Below the pieces are notes generated by a model. It had not been told where the DNA came from and did no database searches. It saw only the letters and a program-made list of their open reading frames with translations. 64,000 nt of DNA. It comes from Clostridia bacterium (lineage in GTDB: Bacteria > Bacillota > Clostridia > Christensenellales > Borkfalkiaceae). The stretch covers positions 3,334 to 67,333 of the forward strand of contig JAFURH010000037.1 in assembly GCA_017471945.1 (NCBI GenBank), written 5' to 3'. Positions 59,622 to 64,000 of the stretch are shown in pieces; positions within the stretch are counted from its first letter, which is position 1, and each line of letters opens with the position of its first letter. A program made the position numbers and the translations under genes.

Positions 59622-59656
59622 TGCCCCAAATACTGCCCCAAAATCGAGAATAAACC
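59622..59656. promoter_or_regulatory. Candidate integrase arm-type site block (TGCCCCAAA x2 ... AATAAACC)
   Basis: TGCCCCAAA at 59622-59630 and 59634-59642. AATAAACC at 59649-59656. Homologous to 12763-12801. Confidence 0.4.
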
Positions 59657-59691
59657 CTAAAACAACTTAATATTTTCATGCAAATATGCAA

Positions 59692-59738
59692 AAAACACGG
59701 CGTTTATGCGTTAATTTTTTGCATAAATGCCGTGTTTT
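59692..59738 (-). terminator. 18-bp hairpin abutting repeat copy 2
   Basis: aaaacacggcgtttatgc / gcataaatgccgtgtttt (one G-T), 11-nt loop. It holds the same position relative to the CCA end as the hairpin at 12651-12688, but the sequence is unrelated. Confidence 0.5.
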
Positions 59739-59799
59739 GGTCGAGGCGACGGGGATCGAACCCACTTCGGAAATCGCCGAACGCCTTTAAAATAAAGGG
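59735..59799 (-). repeat. Direct repeat copy 2: orphan tRNA/tmRNA-like 3' fragment; putative att site
   Basis: The minus strand reads ...GGCGTTCGGCGATTTCCGAAGTGGGTTCGATCCCCGTCGCCTCGACCA. The T-stem is better paired than in copy 1. No matching 5' acceptor strand within the next 400 nt. Confidence 0.75.
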
Positions 59800-59925
59800 G
59801 TTCAAAATATACTTCGTCGGTTCTTCGTCAATTTTCAAAATAAAAAAAATTCTATTAAACACACACTATCAAATGCTTTGTTTCTTATCTTAAAAAATCA
59901 AACTCAAAAACCTTAATACAAAAAA

Positions 59926-59975
59926 ATGATACACACCCAAAAGTTTTGCCTAACTTTTGGGTGTGTATCATTTTT
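59926..59975. terminator. Perfect 20-bp bidirectional hairpin
   Basis: atgatacacacccaaaagtt / aacttttgggtgtgtatcat, 6-nt loop, A run before and T run after. Lies about 200 nt downstream of the minus-strand integrase stop. Confidence 0.6.
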
Positions 59976-60178
59976 GGTGGATATTTTAATTAAAGCTTGA
60001 GGAAGGATTTTGTGATTGCCTATTTATACATATTAAAACAAATAAAAATAATTTTTTATAGAAAAAATCTAAAATTTACGAAAAAATCTTCAATTTTTTA
60101 GGTATATAAAAAACAATAAAGTTTTTACCTTTACGAAAAAAAGAAAAAACGCCTTGAAAACCAAAGCGTTTCTCTTTA

Positions 60179-61333
60179 CTATGACAACGGAATTGACTGC
60201 GGATAAAAGACGGATAGCTTTTCCATATTCAGCCTTTTCAGTTCGATAGACGAATGAACGTAGCGGTTCAACGTGACGTTTACGTCCGCGTGACCTAATA
60301 CTTCCGATAAGGTTTTTACGTCGAAACCGCTTTCAACGCACCTCGTAGCAAAAGTGTGTCGTAAGGAGTGAAAAGAACGCTCCGATAAATGTATATCCCG
60401 TAGCCATTTTTGATATTTTACATAATAATTACTCGGCTCGATATACTTTGACGTTCCCGTTAAAAAATAGTCCTGCTTGTTTTTATAATCTCCATACAAG
60501 TCGTAGAGTTTGGGCAATAAAAACGACGGAATAGGTATGGCTCTCCTGCCAGCGACGGTTTTCGGCGAATCAATGATAATTTTCGTTTTACGTATACTTT
60601 TTTTGTCGGTATCCGAGATTCTCATCAAAGTATTTTTTACGAAAATTAACGAATTTTCCAGATCTATACTTCCCCATTGTAGCGCGCACAGTTCGCCTAT
60701 CCGCAATCCCGTATAAAGGGCAAGACATACGCCGAATTTCTGAAAATCATTACCGCTTAGCGCAAAATTTATCAAGGTAAGCTCCTCCTCTGCCGTAAAA
60801 ATCTCTATTTCCTGTTTTTCGATTTTTGGCAGAGAATAGTGTATTTGCCCCACGTTCATAAGACCCGTTTTATTTGCATATTTTAGTACGAGCGATAAGA
60901 CAGTTAACATATCTTTAACGGTCTTTCTGGATAATCCCCCCCTACGGTCTATCCTACCGTAATTGAGCTTTTCGTCAATAAACCGTTCTATCACGGTGCT
61001 GTCGATCTTTTTTATCTTTAATATACCGATTGAAGGTCTGATGTGCTTTTCGATAATATTGGAATAGCAAGCGTACGTAGACTCTTTTACTTGATATTTC
61101 TTATACTGTAAAAACAGCGACAATACGGTATCGAAAATACCGTTTTCGTTATTTTTGAGTTCGGAAAAGTTAAAAACAGACAAATATTCCGTTTTTTTGG
61201 CTTTCACTTGTGAGTAAGAAGAAGCATATAACGATTTATAGATAGCCCGCCCATCTTGGCGATAACCTTTTAAAACCCGCGCTTCCCATCTTCCGTCTTT
61301 TCTTTTCGTGATGTTTTCTCCTTTTTTTGACAT
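60179..61333 (-). CDS. Tyrosine recombinase / integrase (Tn916/phage-type, AP2-like N-terminal arm-binding domain)
   Basis: AAGGAGA sits 6 nt before ATG 61333; the track start is 61399. N-terminus ITKRKDGRWEARV. Catalytic blocks LALYTGLRIGEL, FHSLRHTFATR, LGHADVNVTLNRYVH. Confidence 0.85.
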   Translation of the reverse strand: MSKKGENITKRKDGRWEARVLKGYRQDGRAIYKSLYASSYSQVKAKKTEYLSVFNFSELKNNENGIFDTVLSLFLQYKKYQVKESTYACYSNIIEKHIRPSIGILKIKKIDSTVIERFIDEKLNYGRIDRRGGLSRKTVKDMLTVLSLVLKYANKTGLMNVGQIHYSLPKIEKQEIEIFTAEEELTLINFALSGNDFQKFGVCLALYTGLRIGELCALQWGSIDLENSLIFVKNTLMRISDTDKKSIRKTKIIIDSPKTVAGRRAIPIPSFLLPKLYDLYGDYKNKQDYFLTGTSKYIEPSNYYVKYQKWLRDIHLSERSFHSLRHTFATRCVESGFDVKTLSEVLGHADVNVTLNRYVHSSIELKRLNMEKLSVFYPQSIPLS

Positions 61334-61436
61334 TGTATTCTCCTTTGTTATTATTTTATCGACTGTAAATTTGACTGCGTAAAAACTTGTCGCAAACAAA
61401 ATTACCGACTATTTAGGCGAAAAATATAAAAAATAC

Positions 61437-61465
61437 TTGCGTTTTCCGACAAGATGTGATACAAT
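61437..61465 (+). promoter_or_regulatory. Candidate promoter for the helicase gene
   Basis: TTGCGT at 61437-61442, 17-nt spacer ending in TGa (extended -10), TACAAT at 61460-61465. Confidence 0.4.
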
Positions 61466-61587
61466 ACTGTAAACTAAGTTGTACGTTGACAAAGAAAAAC
61501 AGCTTGTTTTCACTTTTTGACGATAAAAGCCGTAAACAATAAAGGTAAAAACTTTATTGTTAAAAAGAGAACCCGAAAGGAGTCGCT

Positions 61588-63876
61588 ATGGGAATTCAAT
61601 TGTTTTCGCATAATCAAATAGCTTACCGTTCGGCGCTGGAAATGCTTTCTTCGTGCGGAAAAGCTGCCGTAGTGCACCCGACGGGTACGGGAAAATCTTT
61701 TATCGGTTTCAAATTGTGCGAAGATCACCCGAACGCCGTCGTTTGTTGGCTTGCACCCTCCGAATATATCTTTAAAACGCAAACGGAAAACTGGGAAAAA
61801 GCGGGTGGAAGCAAGTTAGAAAATATTCGTTTTTATACGTACGCAAAGCTTATGCTTTTGTCGCGGGAAGAATTAAAGGAGATTAACTCGGCGTATATCG
61901 TTCTTGACGAATTTCACCGTTGCGGCGCGGAAATGTGGGGCGCAGGCGTTCAGAGATTGCTTGATTTATCTCCTACGGCAAAAATACTCGGACTTTCCGC
62001 AACGGCTATCCGCTATTTGGACAACCAACGCAATATGGCGGACGAACTTTTCGATAATAACGTCGCCTCCGAAATGACGCTCGGCGAAGCGATCGTGCGC
62101 GGAATTTTAAACCCTCCTAAATATGTTCTCTCTGTTTATTCTTTCCAAAAAGATCTGGAAAAATACAAAACGAGGATAAAAAAGTCTAAATCCAAAGCGG
62201 TATTCGACGAGTCGGAAAAATATTACGAGCTTCTTCGTCGCGCCTTGCAACAAGCGGACGGATTGGACGTCGTGTTCGATAAGCATATGCAGGATCGTCG
62301 CGGGAAATATATCGCGTTTTGCGCGAACGTCGAGCATATGCGTGAAATGATAGAAAAATCGTCGGAGTGGTTTGCCTTAGTCGATAAGAATGCTCATATT
62401 TATTGCGCGTATTCAGATAATCCCGAAACGAGCAAAGAATTTGACTCTTTTAAAAAGGACGAAAGCGAACACTTAAAATTGCTCTTTTGTATAGATATGC
62501 TCAACGAAGGCGTGCACGTGGACGACGTAAGCGGGGTGATTTTATTTCGACCTACCGTTTCTCCGATCATCTATAAACAGCAAATCGGGAGAGCGTTGTC
62601 CGCAAGTAAAAGTAAAATGCCCGTCATTTTCGACATCGTGAATAATATCGAAAATCTATACAGTATCGGCACGATTGAAGAAGAAGTCGCGCTCGCTGTG
62701 AGCTATTATCGGGAACGGGGCTTAGAAAAGCAGATCGTCAATGAAAAATTTGAAATAAAGGACGAATTACGCGATTGCAGAGCGTTATTTGAAAGGTTGA
62801 ACGAATCTTTGACTGCGTCGTGGGAATTGATGTATTTGCAGGCGAAAAAATATTATCAACAAAACGGAAATTTAGAGGTTTCAAAAAGATACAAAACGCC
62901 CGACGGTTATTCGCTCGGGGGGTGGATATTTACCCAACGCAAAGTGCGTAGCGGCGAGCAATACGGAAATTTGGACGAAGTCAGGATAAGAAAACTCGAC
63001 GAGATCGGTATGATTTGGGATAGCGTACGGGATTTGGCTTGGGAGAAATATTTTTTCGAGGCAAAAAGCTATTACGAAAAATACGGAGATCTGAAAGTGC
63101 CTGCACGCTACACAACGCCAACGGGCGTAAAGTTAGGCGCTTGGATTAATAATTTGCGTACCTACCGAAAAAGCGGTATTCAAAAAAATTATCTCACGCA
63201 AAAGCGTATAGAGGACTTGGAGCAAATAGGGATGCTCTGGACCGTGCCCGATTATCTTTGGGAAAAGAATTACGTAGCTGCGCTGGAATTTTACCGTGAA
63301 CACGGGCATTTGGACGTGCCGCTCGGCTACGTTTCCGCAGGCGGGATCAAGCTCGGGAATTGGATTCGTAAATTGCGAGGCTTGCGAAAAGGCTCGGCAA
63401 TAGGCGCGGAACTTACTTGCTCGCAGATTGCGCGTTTAGACGAAATCGGTATGATTTGGGCGAATAAATTCGAACGACAATGGGAAACGGGCTTTTCGGA
63501 AGCAAAAACTTATTTTGAGCGGTACGGCGATTTGAACGTGCCTACGGGGTATATCACGGATGCGGGCTATAAACTTGGCGGGTGGATCGTAGATCAAAGG
63601 GCGAATAAAAAACTCGCCCCGTCCAGACGGAAACGTTTGGACGAAATCGGTATGATTTGGGGAAAACCCGATTCTTGGGAAACTCGATTTGATTTGGCAA
63701 GGGAATTTTACCTCTCTCACGGGAATTTGAACGTGCCGACAAATTATATCGTGCAAGGCGTTTGGCTGAATAAATGGGTGAACGAACAAAAACAGATTTA
63801 TAAGGGCAACCGCGCGGGAAAATATCTTACGGGTGAACAGATCGCAAAGCTGGAAACCGTAGGAATGAAGTGGTAG
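61588..63876 (+). CDS. DEAD/DEAH-type (ResIII-like) helicase with five C-terminal helicase-associated (HA) repeats
   Basis: Walker A HPTGTGKSF. Motif II LDEFHRCGA. Five repeats of W-E...(Y/F)...G(N/D/H)L.VP..Y....G..LG.W......L(D/E).(I/V)GM.W. Confidence 0.8.
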   Translation: MGIQLFSHNQIAYRSALEMLSSCGKAAVVHPTGTGKSFIGFKLCEDHPNAVVCWLAPSEYIFKTQTENWEKAGGSKLENIRFYTYAKLMLLSREELKEINSAYIVLDEFHRCGAEMWGAGVQRLLDLSPTAKILGLSATAIRYLDNQRNMADELFDNNVASEMTLGEAIVRGILNPPKYVLSVYSFQKDLEKYKTRIKKSKSKAVFDESEKYYELLRRALQQADGLDVVFDKHMQDRRGKYIAFCANVEHMREMIEKSSEWFALVDKNAHIYCAYSDNPETSKEFDSFKKDESEHLKLLFCIDMLNEGVHVDDVSGVILFRPTVSPIIYKQQIGRALSASKSKMPVIFDIVNNIENLYSIGTIEEEVALAVSYYRERGLEKQIVNEKFEIKDELRDCRALFERLNESLTASWELMYLQAKKYYQQNGNLEVSKRYKTPDGYSLGGWIFTQRKVRSGEQYGNLDEVRIRKLDEIGMIWDSVRDLAWEKYFFEAKSYYEKYGDLKVPARYTTPTGVKLGAWINNLRTYRKSGIQKNYLTQKRIEDLEQIGMLWTVPDYLWEKNYVAALEFYREHGHLDVPLGYVSAGGIKLGNWIRKLRGLRKGSAIGAELTCSQIARLDEIGMIWANKFERQWETGFSEAKTYFERYGDLNVPTGYITDAGYKLGGWIVDQRANKKLAPSRRKRLDEIGMIWGKPDSWETRFDLAREFYLSHGNLNVPTNYIVQGVWLNKWVNEQKQIYKGNRAGKYLTGEQIAKLETVGMKW

Positions 63877-63895
63877 GCAGTTGGAGGAAATACGT

Positions 63896-64000
63896 GTGGA
63901 AAAACAAACGGAAAAATCATTCGAAGAAAGCTTTGGATCTACTGAAAAGTATTCGGACGAGTTTTATCAAGAATACGTCGAAAATTTTCAACCTTCGAAA
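63896..64000 (+). CDS. 5' end of an unidentified ORF running off the window
   Basis: GGAGGA sits 7 nt before GTG 63896. The frame is open to the window end (MEKQTEKSFEESFGSTEKYSDEFYQEYVENF...). An alternative frame from GTG 63894 is also open. Confidence 0.3.
   Translation, partial: MEKQTEKSFEESFGSTEKYSDEFYQEYVENFQPSK

Larger units (their letters stand above)
12685..59799. mobile_element. Putative ~47-kb integrated genomic island bounded by the 65-bp direct repeats, integrase at the right inner edge
   Basis: Direct repeats of a tRNA/tmRNA 3' end at both ends. Tyrosine integrase at 58425..59606, 129 nt from the right repeat. Similar TGCCCCAAA motif blocks inside both ends. AT-rich integrase module at 56.9-59.7 kb. 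Confidence 0.45.

Noticed and set aside
59678-59893. 71-aa + strand ORF across the att repeat, and the similar short AT-rich ORFs 57000..57194 and 20585..20770
   Set aside because: No ribosome-binding site. They span hairpins or repeats or lie in AT-rich intergenic DNA, with low-complexity hydrophobic translations.
717-61399. Track-derived start codons at 717, 19302, 22143, 36259 (minus strand), 36278, 41860 and 61399 (minus strand)
   Set aside because: Each is the longest-ORF start with no Shine-Dalgarno sequence or with bad spacing. Downstream ATGs with AGGAG-type sites at 5-8 nt were preferred (723, 19329, 22170, 36238, 41896, 61333). For 36278 the choice is 36320, with 36305 as the alternative, and neither has a clear ribosome-binding site.
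1-64000. CRISPR arrays, rRNA genes, intact tRNA genes, IS elements with terminal inverted repeats
   Set aside because: Reading through the window I saw no regularly spaced short direct repeats, no rRNA-like conserved blocks, no cloverleaf-complete tRNA and no transposase-like ORF. A scan by eye cannot fully exclude small elements.

Overview
The window looks like an accessory region of a Bacillota-like genome. Evidence: strong AGGAGG-type ribosome-binding sites, many lipobox lipoproteins and AT-rich intergenic DNA. Most of it is + strand operons for very large exported, glycan-associated proteins.

Left flank (1-12.5 kb): a three-gene cassette (secreted protein with Ig-like repeats, DUF4838-like lipoprotein, Big_2 plus GLUG-like lipoprotein), then a GH4 glycosidase and a Gfo/Idh/MocA oxidoreductase.

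Putative island: 12685-12749 and 59735-59799 are 65-bp direct repeats (61/65 identical). On the minus strand they read as the T-arm/acceptor/CCA end of a tRNA- or tmRNA-like gene. No complete RNA gene adjoins either copy. The 47 kb between them ends on the right with an AT-rich module (HTH protein plus tyrosine integrase). Paired TGCCCCAAA-type motifs sit just inside both repeats. I read this as a putative integrated island.

Island cargo, left to right:
- an AraC-controlled 7-gene operon with three paralogous QueG/RdhA-like [4Fe-4S] proteins, a U32-like protein, a cupin, a DMT transporter and a Gfo/Idh/MocA enzyme
- two promoters sharing an identical 44-bp block
- a 2346-aa membrane-anchored protein (six repeat modules, 2 LamG, metallophosphoesterase)
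- an unannotated 42-codon ORF
- a GLUG-like lipoprotein and a BspA-type LRR lipoprotein with a 147-bp tandem duplication
- an AraC / clan GH-A hydrolase / GH127-like / LplABC-like transporter unit
- a second, diverged copy of the three-gene cassette
- an amidohydrolase / DUF4886 / DUF4832-like / amidohydrolase block

Right of the second repeat: another tyrosine integrase and a DEAD/DEAH-type helicase with five helicase-associated (HA) repeats, possibly a second element.

I saw no rRNA, intact tRNA or CRISPR array. All family assignments come from motifs read by eye and need HMM or BLAST confirmation.
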